Below, piece by piece: positions 1 through 12,740 of a DNA stretch of 64,000 nucleotides. Position 1 is the stretch's first letter. Every line of letters starts with the position of its first letter. The notes beneath the pieces were generated by a model, which saw only the letters and a list, made by a program, of their open reading frames with translations, was not told the origin of the DNA and did not search any database. Source of the stretch: Phoronis australis (lineage: Eukaryota > Animalia > Phoronida). Both the position numbers and the translations under genes were made by a program. The stretch spans positions 395,762 through 459,761 of the forward strand of contig NMRA01000249.1 of assembly GCA_002633005.1 (NCBI GenBank), in the 5' to 3' direction.

Positions 1-129
1 TTTGGTCTTGACTCGTTGTAAAACTGAAAATAGTCCACTCTTGTTCTAAAACTGCGCCCCAAATGCACACCGTGGCATTATTCAGATGCACCTACATCGT
101 GCAATTCTGCCATATTCAACAGTGCTTCA

Positions 130-360
130 TGTAAACCTGGGTCTGAACAAGACTTAATTTAAGCCTGATTTAAGATCTTAATACAGGTCTAAGGAATATG
201 GTGAAATGAAAACTGAATTAGACCAGGTCTAAAGTTCAGAGTTAAAGCAGGTTTTACTAGACCTCTAGTCTAAACGTTAAACCACCTTTATGAAATGCAG
301 ATTACCTTTTAACCTGGACTAAGTCCAGTGTAAACCAGATTTAACCTTTTGAAAACGGCT
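130..360. repeat. Degenerate MITE-like repeat with recurring TAAACC/GGTCTAA motifs
   Basis: Quasi-palindromic short motifs ending in TTTTGAAAACGGC, resembling Harbinger-type MITE ends; no clean TIR pair found. Confidence 0.3.
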
Positions 361-586
361 GTGAGAGTTCACGTTAAAATTTTGCGCTAAGAAATTTTGA
401 GCACCTGATGATTAGCAAAGGCTTTGATTTGACATTATCGTCGAGTAAAGTGATTTCCCGAGATCAGCTTCAGCGCGTAATCGAATGTGCAATCACCTGT
501 TACATGTATGGTCGCTGTCTATTACATGTACTAATGCTGTCGGACGTGGATGCAAAATGTCTTATTGTTGTTGTTACATTTTCTAG

Positions 587-730
587 GCCTTGGTATTGGA
601 ATGGTGATAGCTTCAGGGTTAGTGTCTATATATTACAATGTGCTCATTAGCTGGGCGATGTATTACCTGGCGCTATCCTTTACTGGCAGGCTACCTTGGG
701 ACGGATGTAGTTCAGAGTGGAACGATTATC
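587..730 (+). CDS. SLC6 exon (TM3 and start of EL2)
   Basis: ttctag acceptor, gtaagt donor; [48 protein letters not shown]. Confidence 0.93.
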
Positions 731-3700
731 GTAAGTTGTTAATAGCTGTTCTCTCCTGTCTCATGAGAAAGACGTAATATCGTCTTATGGAAGGACAAAT
801 TGTCAATTTTCTGCAGATACGGCTAAGGCGTACATTTGAGAAAATGTATAGATTCTTGAATCTCAGGAAGTTACCCCTTTAAAGCCACCGTTTTGGACAG
901 TAGAACAGTATTTGCAGCTTATTGTTTGTAAGTTTTGCGTGAATTCTATGTGTGCTATAATGGCTGTAGTGTTCTGTTGTTGACAATTTTTTACCTTTTT
1001 TCTAATGTCATGCTTAATAATAAAGTGTCCCAATGATTTTGTCACATTTTAGTAAATTTTACACTGTTGAGGGCATTGAGTTGTTTGTAATGTTTTTTCT
1101 TCATTCTTCCAAATACACTTCTGACGTACATGTAAACAACGTTCACTCCGAAGTACTGGTTTGAGAACGTCTTTTTGTGAATTTTAGGGTGCTCAATGAC
1201 CGTGAACGATTTTCCATGTAACGAATCCTCCATGACTGCCAATGAAACTGGAGTCTGCTACAATGGCACAGAAAAGATAGGATTGTGGAACGGAACGTTA
1301 GCTGCAAATAATTCCATCATACGACAAACACCAAGTCAGCAATACTTCAAGTACGTTATCGTTATACATGTATTTATTTGTTATTATATCTCTAAACTAA
1401 CTGCTGCAAGAGTATTAGTCTTCCATCGAAGTAACTGTGTTACTGAGGATATAAGTCTGTAGTCAATGTCTTCTGCTTTCCAGTTATCGGCTGCTCGATT
1501 TGTCTAAATCGCCCTCTATTGATAACCTTGGTGGACTACGCTGGGAACTGTGCGTCTGCTTGCTAGCTGCATGGACACTGGTCTGTCTCTGTCTCATTAA
1601 AGGGGTGAAGTCTTCTGGCAAGGTACTCGATGATCAGTTAAAATTGACCAAACAGCAAACAGTTTTTGCATAAACTTAACAATATACAAACATTGTGCTG
1701 CAGCGTGGTTTTACTGATGGCCCTGAACCTCAATAGGCATATAAGATTCATCTGGGCAAACCAATGGCTACGCCAAAAAACATTGTAAGGCAAGACGTTT
1801 CAAACTTGCTCAGCTCCTTTGTGCAGCTTTCAACAGAATCAGAAGCACACAAACTTGGCTGAATGTGATGCGGACAGACGTGTTTTGTTTCATTCGGTGG
1901 ACGCCGGTCTCAACATGAGTAGTTATGACGAACCGGTTAGTGATCGTTATCTTTATTGCAGCTAAAAAAAACTAGTCAAAATCATATGTTCTCGATTTTT
2001 GGCGATGTCCTAGCGTACATGTTGGTATTAGCATTACTGACAAACTTGATTTCTTTTGGCCTTAGGTTCACCACAAAAACTTGGCAGCAACAAGTTCCCC
2101 CAAAAAATCCAACGAGCGTTTTCTGGTCAGCGCGTATACTAAGATGCTACGCATTCACAGCACTTCGTTTCATGTGTTTAAAGCTTACATGTACGCTTTA
2201 AGAAATTCGAGTTAAGGGATAAAATTTCAGTTGAAGCGGAAATGAAATCGACCCTGATCCCGAAACCAATCTTATGATTTAGATTACTTGGCATTTTTCT
2301 CAAATTATTCCATGGTAAAATCGGCGGTACTTTCTTCAAGGCTTCGAAACGACTGAACTGTTTGCGCTGGAGGCCAGGCATACCAATGTTTGCGATGAGC
2401 ATAATCTTAAGCCTAGAAGCGGCTGTCAGATCTTTACCAGAACTGCTTGAGCTGGTTTCAATGGAAGTTATTCTCGAAGTACATTGACAGATATTTAAAA
2501 CATCTTAGCAGAGAAGTGTATGCACTTGAGTATCATCCCCAGTTCACATCCCACTTTGACGTCACTGAGGTCCAAAACTGGTTCAATTACTGGGGCGGAT
2601 CCAGGATTATGAGTTATTGGGGGCCAGGGTACGTGAATACCAGAATTTTTACAGATGCGCGCGCCCAGCCTAAAATGTGGGGAAGCAGAGGCTTGGAATG
2701 TTTGGACTTTCGGACCTGCTGACAAAATAAAAACGGTAAACGCGGTTTGCTCAGTTTGTTAAGGGCCTATGCGTTGTTTATTCACCCCCGACGAGCCCCT
2801 GCTTGAGCGCACCCGAACTCCCAAATTGTATCTGGTAGAGTTTTAGGGGGGGCCATGGCCCTCTCGGCCCCCCTAAATCCGCCACTGAAATATATTACAA
2901 AAATATCAAATACAATGTTTGGGATATTTTCTTTATGCACGGAATGTTTTCCAACGTTTTCCGTCACATTTATCACTTTAAACTATTTAATGCTTTCATG
3001 TAATCATCTCTCTCTTTCTCAGGTTGTATACTTCACTGCCCTGTTTCCTTACGCCATGTTGATTACGCTTTTTATTAACGGAATGACACTGAGTGGTATG
3101 GGCAACGGCATCAAGTATTACGTCACGCCTGACTGGAACAGACTGCTAGATGCTAAGGTGTGGTTTGCTCAGTAATACATCGAGTTTGTTGTCGTGAACA
3201 AAAGATTAAAAGTCCACCCTTAGTCCCCGTGAGACACTCAAGCGACAATGTGTAATAGACTTACGAAAACAACGGATTTTAAATTGGTTTAATCATTTCC
3301 TTTTGTATAGACATTTGAATAGTTTATACGACCAACAGTATGGTAAACTTTGTGGCGAAGCGTGGTCAACATTGAAGAGAGCAACACAGAACAGCTCTGA
3401 ATTTCCCAGTAACTGTCAAGATCTTTAGGCTAAATAATACCTTTTGAAGCCCACAATGACCTTTCGAGGACAGAAACCTGAAATCAAACATTTCTGCAGT
3501 CGTGTTTTATTTGGTTGCGTGTCTAAAGTTTTGGTAATTGCTATGCGAATCTGTGTTTTACTTAAGGCTAACTACTTGTTGTTTGCTTGAATTAAGTCAA
3601 ACGTTAGGTTACCAGGGCGTAGAACGATTGAAAACTTACATGTAACTACTTTAAGGCATATGACCAGTGAGGTCTTGTGTTTCGCGATAACGTGCGTTAT

Positions 3701-6700
3701 ATCGCTACGGCAGCAGGGATGTATCCTTGCGGAAGGCAGGCCAATAAAAGCTACATTTCAACCGATTTTGTTGACTAAAAAGTCAAAATTGAACAAACTG
3801 TTTACCTTCATAAAAGTCAGTGCCACATACGCAATATCCCCTGCCGTTACTGGATTCTATTTCCATTTCACAAATCACAGGCAACACATGCATGCTTCAT
3901 TTTCGGGTAACTTTAGCGTTGGCAAACTCAATGAAGTCTATGTTGGTTTTGACTAGCTAAAACTTTCGGTGTTCTTGTTGTTAAAGGGAACAGAATCCTT
4001 TGGAGACCGATTTTATGACAGTGAAATGTGTAATTCAAGTTACGATTTTTATACACCAAAACAAGGCGAAATACTGCCTTAAATCCAGAGAAAACTGTAC
4101 AGGATTCACAGAGAGATAATGTACTCAACGCTTCCTGTATGCATACCAGTAATTAATCATGAATTTATTCCTCTCACATTCGTACTGGCGTAATGAAGTC
4201 AAACATGTTTTTTCTTTCAGATCTGGAATGATGCAGCAGTGCAGATCATGTTTTCACTGGGAACTTGTTTTGGCGGTTTGGTTACACTTGCAAGCTACAA
4301 CCGTTTTCACACTAATACTTTGAGGTATATGGCGCATGCGTAGACGTATATACTTGTTCCTATACATGAATGGGGTGTCTGATTTAATAGACATTTTACA
4401 TCTTATGCGCAGTTTCGAAAATAACCTGGTCCTCATTCGTGTTAGGGCGAAGGCATGGAGATTTGGCACATATGTTGCGTTTCCGTCTAACGTCATAGCT
4501 CTTCATGTCACACGATGCGTATTGAACATGGTCAGAGTGACTGTGTAAATTGTAGATAGTAGTGCCTTTAAACCATGTAAATGTGCTCAACAAAATAATG
4601 CCAGGAACTGACAGTGTCTTTTGACATTGATTATCCACAAGACCTATTATAGTGCCGACATTGACTTTTAAGCACATTTACAATACAGAAATTGGAAACT
4701 GTCATGGCATTACAAAATTCACTCGCTAAAAAGTCTTCTGTTACAGGGGTAGCTCTAAGCTGTACAGTGTATACCTTGTAATCTGTGTGGGAAATTAAAT
4801 TCGGTTTCCAATCTTTTTACTCGAAATAGAACTCGAAATTATGTTTGGCATTTTCTACTCTACTTTTGGGCGAACTCAAGATAAGTGTCTATTATTCTAT
4901 GCTCGCGTACAAAATAACTTACCTACTGCCCTTACCTCACAGTTTGTTAACCCAATAATAAAGCAATAAGTTCGAGTTTGAACTCGAAATTTCGAGTTTT
5001 TACTCGAGTTTGTAGCACGAATATAAGGGTCTTCAAGGGCAAACTTTGAACTAGAAACTCCTATGCATAAACTAATAATGTATTCGAACACAGTCTGATA
5101 ACCATTTATCTTAAGTTCGCAAAAAAGGAGCTGAGAAATTGCCAAAAATAGTTTCGAGTTCGTTTCGAGTACAAAAATTAGAGATCGAGCCCTGGCCCTG
5201 CCAGTTGCCGCCGATTATAAGCATCATGATCGTGTTGCATTTTAGGCAGTATAAGTCAGCAGAACAGTTATAATAAAGTCGCTGCATTTTCGTGAAAACA
5301 TGCACAGTACTTCTTTAACACTAACGTTACATCCATATTAGTATGCGTGTAGTATTTTAAAAGTCGAGTAATGTTAGCACTATTTGATAAGATAACGCGG
5401 GTTGCTGTGTAGCTATCTACGCTATAATTATAAATGACAGTCCATAGACATCTAATGTACAGTGCTCAAGTTCAAAAGATTTGAAAACATTAAATAACAG
5501 GCACTAACTAATCATATATCAATTAAGTCTTGGAAACAAAATGATAGAATAGGTCCTCGTCAGTCCTCAAATGGATGAGTTGTATTACAAAAATTCTCAT
5601 AGTCTCCTAAATTGGCAAGGGTTACTAACGGTTTGATATAGGTTTGTATAGCACTAGGGAACGACAGCTTACCATATGCATGACACAAAATGACGGTGAT
5701 CATATTTTCATTCAATAACGCCTTATTTCTCTGAGGAGGCAGTGGTCGTTTGTTACAAAACGAGTCCTGACAGTACAGCTTGCATGGAACGAAACAATCA
5801 ACACATTATTGAATATTTTTTAAACCAAACGCTCGACATACATTTTCATTGTAGTGTAGTCCCCGTTGCACTTCTATGAATCAGGCGCCCGTTCCAACAA
5901 AACTGACTTAGCTAAGACAATTATTAAATTTTAGTGAATTTTGAAATAAAAGTTGAATTTTTCTAAAAACCCTTTCAAAATAGAGTTCCTGGGTTTGACT
6001 TAAGTGTTTGACATAAGTTTTGTATTAATTTTGACTAACTTACCGAATGTGGAAGTTTCAAAGTTTGGAAGTTAAGACAAATCTTAAACTTAAGTCAAAA
6101 ATGAAGTTAAGTCAGTTTCTTGGAACAGGCCCCAGATCACAATCTGTGTCACTTTTTTATTCAGGGATTCTTTTATTGTCGCCTTTGGCAACTGTTGCAC
6201 GAGTATTTTCGCGGGCTTCGTCATATTTGCATATCTTGGACACATGGCTGAGCAACTCGGGACTTCAGTGAGCAAAGTGGTGGACGGAGGTAATGAACTG
6301 TCACACATTGCATTGGTTTTGATACATCTGTCTCAATCGTGCATTGAATCTAATGATAGATACCGTATCGTAATCGTCATATTGTTGGCATTCGTTATCG
6401 CTGTAGGAAGGGCGTAAGCAAAATATACGTGCATGCAGACGACCTAACTGTGGGATTCATTTATTGGTTTTGTACATAGAATCTCAAGTATGTGTCAAAG
6501 TATAAAAAATCATAAACTGCCACGGCCATCTGAACCATAGCAATATCACAATAAACCCTTAAATGTGAAATAAGTATGCTGTTGTCTTCGTAGATAACGC
6601 ACCCAGCTGCAACGCTGAGGTTCAATTACATGTACGCTCTCTCTTATTATACATTACAGGTGTGGGACTTGCTTTTGTCGTTTATCCCCAATCGGTCTTG

Positions 6701-9700
6701 ACTCTGCCATTCCCTCCAATATGGTCCATCTTATTCTTCATAATGTTGCTGACTTTAGGGATGGGAAGTCAGGTAATTAGTGAAGCTATACCCTGTGACA
6801 GATTCCCAGGGATCGGTTTGCTTGCGGGCAACTTCGATAAATATTCTTTTTTCATCAAGGTAAACCCAATATGAGACAATTTTCCTACATATAGAGATCC
6901 AAAGGAACTGAAAATGTATGCATGTTCGTATGCATATGTTGCTCACAAGATCTTTAAAATAATCTATAGCCTATGTTTGGCCTATTGGATGATCTTTAAT
7001 TAGATTGAGATCAATTGTCGCTCGAAAATTAAAGACATGCTGTTCCTTACTCAAATCGGAGGCTATGGCTTTCTTGGGAGGAACTGACAGTTCGCTATTG
7101 CTTAACCTAGAAAAGGTTTGGTGTTACGTAAAATGAATTAGCGTGCTCCCCATGTCCAGAACAACGTGGTTGAGCTCCGCCGGTCGCGTTCAAAAGCTGG
7201 AGGGGGTAATACGTTCGAATCACTGCGACTTTATTGTAGGGTATTTAGACTGTCAATTGTTTATGATGTAGGCTTAAACGTAGATAAAATCTCTGAATAA
7301 AATCCTCGTAATCAAAAACTATATTGAAAATTAACGTAGTGTTTAGATGCCGTCCGACTAGCGGGGAGATTCGCCATCTAAAGTTCACGTCTCATCGGGC
7401 TCCTTTTCTTATAACCAAAAATGTGACAACTTCTCTGCTTTTTTAGTTAAAACATCAATTCCAACAACCTGATCTGTGATTCTAGCGACGACGAGTGTTA
7501 GCAATATTGCAGTTGTATCGTGTAAAGGTGGAACAAACTGTTAAAACTTCTCGCTATTTTTTGTCGATACAGTTACAGTATGCTAAAAGGTGCTTGCAGG
7601 TTGCTCATTTTACTCAGGCAGCAAACAATTATGTATGTATGCTCACATTGCATGCGCGCATCCAGCCTTCAATATGGGGGGCTCGAATTCCTGACGTTGT
7701 AGTCCTTTTGCTAACAATAGAGTGGGCGGGCAAAAAACGGTGGAGCACCACAGTGAAATGTGCGATTGCGATTATTTCAGTATTCCCATTTTCTTGGACT
7801 TTTTGTCTCTCTGGGGCGGACCTTCTTGCCCACTTCGTCAAATGGTGGGCTCGTTTGATGACCAGTACACGTAGTTTTCGCGTCGTTCACTTTCTAAAGT
7901 TTTTCCACGAGTGCGTGTTAAACCACTCTCTAATTGAGGGTTTTTTATTGTTCCAGTTTGCACAAGTGGAGACAGTCACTACATCAATCACAGATCGATT
8001 TCCACAACTAAGAACGAAGAAGCCCTTGGTCATCATTACTGTTAGCATATTGTTCTTTTTCATCGGATTATCCATGTGCACGGATGTAAGTACACGACAT
8101 ACATGTATGTGCAAGCCTCATTGTAAAACTCCCAAATCTTGGTACCTATCAGTCACGCGCTAGCCTATTAAACAGCTCTGAGTTGGTCACAGGTTTTTAA
8201 ATACAGCCGGACATAAGTCGTCTATGATGAACAAGGGTGATTTAAGAAGTCTTTTCGAATAATGGTTAAGAAAAACCTCGGCGGTGGGCACGATGATCAT
8301 GAAAGTAATTATGCTCTTTGGCAGTTAAAAATTCAAAATTAAACGAGGCGTAATAGACTGATTTGTTGCGTGTCAACAATCATTTTCACGGACAAAAAAT
8401 ATAATATTCTCCATGACAGACCACCCAGGTACGGTCTCCGGAATGTGCACATACATGTAGGTCCTCCACGCAATTCCGGAAAAGTTGGAATGCCTTGGTC
8501 TCATCTCTTTCTCAAGTTTATGGCGGTGAGAGCTCTTGACGTTTAGAGGCTGAAGATTTAAAATTTTAGTATGTATTATCATACAATAATTTGAGGAAAC
8601 AGGCTTCATATGACTAGCAACACGTTAAGTAAGATTTAATGTACACTGTCCAATACAAAGTGACAATAAGCATATAGCTTGGATTAATGTTAGACATGTA
8701 CTTCAGTTGGTCCATGAAGGTCTGTAACTTCAGATCATTTCGTACATGAGCGAACATGATGTAATACTGTTATAGCTTTTGTTGGCAGAGCTAGGATACA
8801 AGAGCGAAATAAAACAAGCAATTCTATTGGTGAATAAACCAAACAATCTGTCTGCACAAATACATGTATGACTTTGCAAATAAAGCAAGTGAGGCTGTAA
8901 ATGTGAGTCGAGACAACCCTTGCCTTCTTAAAAAAGACCCGTAGTGCATTGTTGAATTTATCGGGTGGCGATCAGTCAGACCCACTACCGGATATGAGTG
9001 TGTACTTTGTCTCTTTTCATTGGTGGAACAATTTCTGCTTTGACTGGACGACTCCAGATTGGGCAAATTCGAAACATCGTGATCTCTGCCTAACAAACAT
9101 CAAAGCTGCTTCAACACGGCTTAACGTACAGTAATTATTCTTGATTTAATTGATGCCGTCAGACGCAAATATTATTCTTTTTCAAGATCAAATGCTCGTG
9201 AACTTCTTTGTACGCCAGACTTTCCTTTTCTCATATGCTCAGTTAAGATATTCCATTATCACTACGTACTGATTTGCAGGGAGGTGTTTATGTTCTGACG
9301 CTGTTCAACGACTATTCTGGCAGCTGGGGTGTTCTCTTCATCGGAATTTTGGAAAACATATCAATTGCCTGGATATATGGTTTGTACATTACATTTATCT
9401 GCTATTTATGGTACAAATCACTAGAGTTGCGCGAGGTAGTATTTTCTGGATTAGGCAACTCGAGAGGTCGTGCTTCAATAATCCCGAATGCTTCATGCAT
9501 GAGATGAAAGGCAAGACAATTTTACCCAAGAAAAGAACGGGTATCGTATCCTCACGTATGGAGTGAGTATATAATGCCTGTGCCCCTTCTCACTTGTTTA
9601 GTGGCCAATACATGAAACATTAAGTAAATAGTTGTGATATTATTATTTTTTATTATTTTCCTCACAGTAGTGGTTAGAACATTAGTAGTAGTAGCGATGG

Positions 9701-12700
9701 TAGGCGTATTGATACCAAGAGAAGTTCTAATGACAGTAAAAGTAATTGCATGAGGAAAAGCAATGATTTTATTGCCGCCATATAAAGTAGTTACACTACT
9801 TTGTACAGTAGAAATCATGATATAGTGTAGTGATAATACTAAAACAATCGGGTAGTCGAGAATTAGTAGTATTCTTGGTTATGGTGGTGGAAGTGGTGGT
9901 GGTGGTTGTAGTGGTGCTGGTAGCGGTATTGATATTAGGAAGGCTTATATTTAGGCCACTGTACTAAACATGTGCCCTTACCAACACCCGACAACGTTTT
10001 GTTTACGATTGACCTATGAAACTGTTTTTCAGGCTACAAGCGTTTCTTTTCCGACATCGAAGTCATGACCGGGAAGCGACCATGGATTTGGTGGTTCGTC
10101 TGTTGGGGTTTCATCACCCCCGCCATATTAACGGTAACGAATACTATTTTTTCAAGCATCTTACCATAACAAATAACGTGAAGGTCATTTTTGACATTTG
10201 TGAACAAATATGAATACTCACATTTATATTCGGCGACTGTGAGAAAACGCCAAGTTCGGCTGTGCACAAGAGAATATGTCTTGACTGACTTGCAATGCCT
10301 GCTTTCTGTCACAAGCAAAGATTTTATAGTTGTAGTTGACTAAACAGGTTTATGATTTAGCACCAAAGGGACTTTTTTTCTAAATAACAGCTTGCCAAAT
10401 TATGTTATAGATTTGTGTGCACTTTAATGAAATTGGTATTTCACCTGTTGCTCATAACCTTTTGTCAATGACCCAACTAGAATATTGAGCAACTACTCGC
10501 TCTGTTCAGCTGGTATAAATTCGAAAATCAAATTAGAAGGTTAACTCTCGTGAAATCGGTACTGTAAAAATCCCTACCGTCACAGAATTCCGTTTCCATT
10601 ACTAACAAGAACGAAAACATGTACATGAGCTTTTTCCCATTTCTCAGATGTAGGGTCGGTGAACCCAGTAAGCTCGCTTTATGAGGTGCTGATGATTTCA
10701 GCTTTCGTGTTTGAAACAAATGTGAAATGTTATCTTAGTAAGGAACAATATAAGGTCTATTTTATGAGATTACAAGCCATAATTCAAATCCGTTTTAGCC
10801 ACTTAACAAGGCGAAATGTAGTTTATTAATTCCTCCTATGTACATGTGCAGTTTGCCTACTTTTCCCATCCTTTTCAATCCGTGCTGAGTTAAAGTTCAC
10901 CTTGAATCAGATACTCATTCATATTTGAGCGTAACCACATTTGGGACCCAATTCATTCTCCATTCAGTTCTCGGAAATATGTGGCACATTTTCTGACAAA
11001 AATTCCACCCAACGAATATTGATCATCACAATACCTTTCAATCACATGATCACTATACCTTTGAAGCTTCAGTCAACTGTGAAAGTTAATTTTATCTCTT
11101 CCTATCGTTTTTTCGAAATGAAATAATATGCAGTGAAACGCCTAGAGTTCTCAATCTCGGCTGAAATAGTCTCCCCCGTCGTAAGCAAACCTGAGGAGAC
11201 TCCTTGAAATCAGAGGTACTCTTGTTTCATCATATATTTAAAGAGATGCAGGAACCCATAGAAATACATGTACGTTCAAATTAGGCAACCCCGGATCAAC
11301 ATGTCTTAAAATGAGAGGTAGAATTCAAATTAATGTTTCAGATACTATGCGTTATGAATTTTCCATTAAAATGCCGGTAGGGGTTGTTTATAAAATTTTC
11401 ATTTTTCACGAGGCTGACACTTTGGGCATTTAACAAATAATCAAAGGTTGTACATGTATGAAGAAGTGCATGTTGAATAGTGTGTTTATATATCATCTTC
11501 TACAATTTCATCAAACGAAACTTTCACTTGCTATTGATGTCTTAGTTTTGTTACCAATGCATCCTTATTTTTGTTCAATTTTTCTAAAAACCATGGTTAA
11601 ATCACCCAATTACTTGAAGACAGGACAACATCAAATTCTACTTTCAGAAAATGTACTTTTACTGAGTTAGAATATATGGATTTTCAGATAGTCTTCAAAA
11701 AGAAGACTTTCCGATTAGGTCTTACATAACCACTCTATATAAAGGAAAGTCGCTTAGAACAAAAGTTATCTTTATATCAATGTGCGATTAATTGCACCGT
11801 CATTTTCCTGCAAGTGACGAACGCTACTTGTTCTTCGACAATCCATCTTTGGCAAGCTATGAGTTTTGAAATTAAATTCCACTACCTTAATCCACGGCTA
11901 CTCCTCTCCTACCACCCACCCATCTCTCACCAACTCCATTCCTCCCTGCCACCCTCTCATCCNTAAATTTAGAAATTATGCTTCCGCGATATCACTTAAC
12001 GTTTGATTTTACCACGCCGTCATTAATTCAACATAAAGTTTTAGGCTGGTGTAATGTCACGCACTTCGTATTTGTAGGTTGATTCGATTTTATTTCCTTT
12101 CAATAGTTGAACAAAACTTTATAAACCGATGTCAAGACCTGAGTTGCCAGTGGTGAACTAACAGCGAACAGTAAAATGTTTGTTTGGCCAAAGTTCACCC
12201 GTTAAGTCATAAAATGGTAATTGCCGACCAAGGACACGCTTAATCCGAATTGGTCGTCTACGCTAGGCGACCACTTAGCCGACCCAAGTGCCGACCACAG
12301 AGGCGACTCAGTAGACGGCTCCTAGCCGACCGTTGTTGGTCGGCTGCTGGTCGGCTAGACGACCGGTCGACGGCCGGTCGTCGACCAATTTCCGACCGGT
12401 CGGCCAAAAATTCGTGATGTGTGCTGTACCTCCAGGGTTAGAGGGAAACGATTTTGGCAAGTTTAAGTATTCTGAATATCGTGCACGTGAAACAATTTTA
12501 CCCATTATATTAATTATTTTTTTTCAGAAATTCCGTCACATGCTTAAACCGAAGTGGAATTGGGGTCCAGCACTTGCGAAGCACCGTGCGCTGATTACTT
12601 ACGTTCCCGGCTTTCTTCCCGACATAAGTGATCCGGCTATTAGAAAGATGCACACTGACGAATCATGTTATGACCTTGAATCATTTCACACTAAGGACAA

Positions 12701-12740
12701 CAAGGTAATTATCAAAAAGCATTCAGGATTTCTGTGTTAA
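587..12740 (+). CDS. SLC6 (SNF/NSS) sodium- and chloride-dependent transporter, amino-acid/GlyT-PROT-like; 5' exons outside the window, TM12 exon not found
   Basis: Eleven GT-AG exons with SLC6 motifs: [133 protein letters not shown]. The first ten splice in one continuous frame. Confidence 0.95.
1188..1350 (+). CDS. SLC6 exon (EL2)
   Basis: ttttag acceptor, gtacgt donor; [14 protein letters not shown]...[11 protein letters not shown]. Confidence 0.9.
1484..1622 (+). CDS. SLC6 exon (TM4)
   Basis: ttccag acceptor, gtactc donor; [46 protein letters not shown]. Confidence 0.93.
3023..3157 (+). CDS. SLC6 exon (TM5)
   Basis: tctcag acceptor; [45 protein letters not shown]. Confidence 0.93.
4221..4324 (+). 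CDS. SLC6 exon (TM6)
   Basis: tttcag acceptor, gtatat donor; [34 protein letters not shown]. Confidence 0.93.
4800..5192. mobile_element. Palindromic MITE in SLC6 intron (Harbinger-like end)
   Basis: 4801-4885 is an imperfect inverted copy of about 5105-5190 (ACTCGAAA-rich arms). Confidence 0.7.
5885..6132. mobile_element. PIF/Harbinger-type MITE with CAG target-site duplication
   Basis: TIRs gcgcccgttccaacaaaactgactta / taagtcagtttcttggaacaggccc, flanked by CAG on both sides. Confidence 0.8.
6165..6289 (+). CDS. SLC6 exon (TM7)
   Basis: attcag acceptor, gtaatg donor; [41 protein letters not shown]. Confidence 0.93.
6660..6772 (+). CDS. SLC6 exon (EL4, TM8)
   Basis: ttacag acceptor, gtaatt donor; [37 protein letters not shown]. 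Confidence 0.93.
7651..7860. mobile_element. Truncated copy of the CATGCGCGCA MITE family
   Basis: Shares the catgcgcgca.ccagcc start and the gcggacctt.ttgcccacttcg.caaatgg segment with 17254-17507; a more decayed relative lies at about 2655-2815. Confidence 0.6.
7957..8085 (+). CDS. SLC6 exon (TM9)
   Basis: ttccag acceptor, gtaagt donor; [43 protein letters not shown]. Confidence 0.93.
9280..9379 (+). CDS. SLC6 exon (TM10)
   Basis: ttgcag acceptor, gtttgt donor; [33 protein letters not shown]. Confidence 0.93.
9660..9930. repeat. Degenerate (TAG)n/(GGT)n microsatellite-derived low-complexity tract
   Basis: Runs such as agtagtagtag and ggtggtggtggttgtagtggtgctggtagcggt. Confidence 0.6.
10033..10133 (+). 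CDS. SLC6 exon (TM11)
   Basis: tttcag acceptor, gtaacg donor; [33 protein letters not shown]. Confidence 0.92.
12225..12430. repeat. GC-rich CCGAC/GTCGG quasi-palindromic repeat, probable MITE relic
   Basis: Many CGAC motifs in the left half and GTCG motifs in the right half; contains the near-palindrome gacgaccggtcgacggccggtcgtc. Confidence 0.55.
12528..12740 (+). CDS. SLC6 C-terminal exon
   Basis: tttcag acceptor; [20 protein letters not shown]...SGFLC-stop, with the WGP motif typical of SLC6 tails. A possible internal donor (aag/gtaatt) near 12705 leaves the true end slightly uncertain. Confidence 0.8.
   Translation, partial: KFRHMLKPKWNWGPALAKHRALITYVPGFLPDISDPAIRKMHTDESCYDLESFHTKDNKVIIKKHSGFLC

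Noticed and set aside
7495-8163. 222-aa ORF as a standalone gene
   Set aside because: Only 7957-8085 is an SLC6 exon; the rest is intron and MITE sequence open by chance
8824-9134. Possible Crypton tyrosine-recombinase relic ([15 protein letters not shown])
   Set aside because: One weak motif with no supporting context
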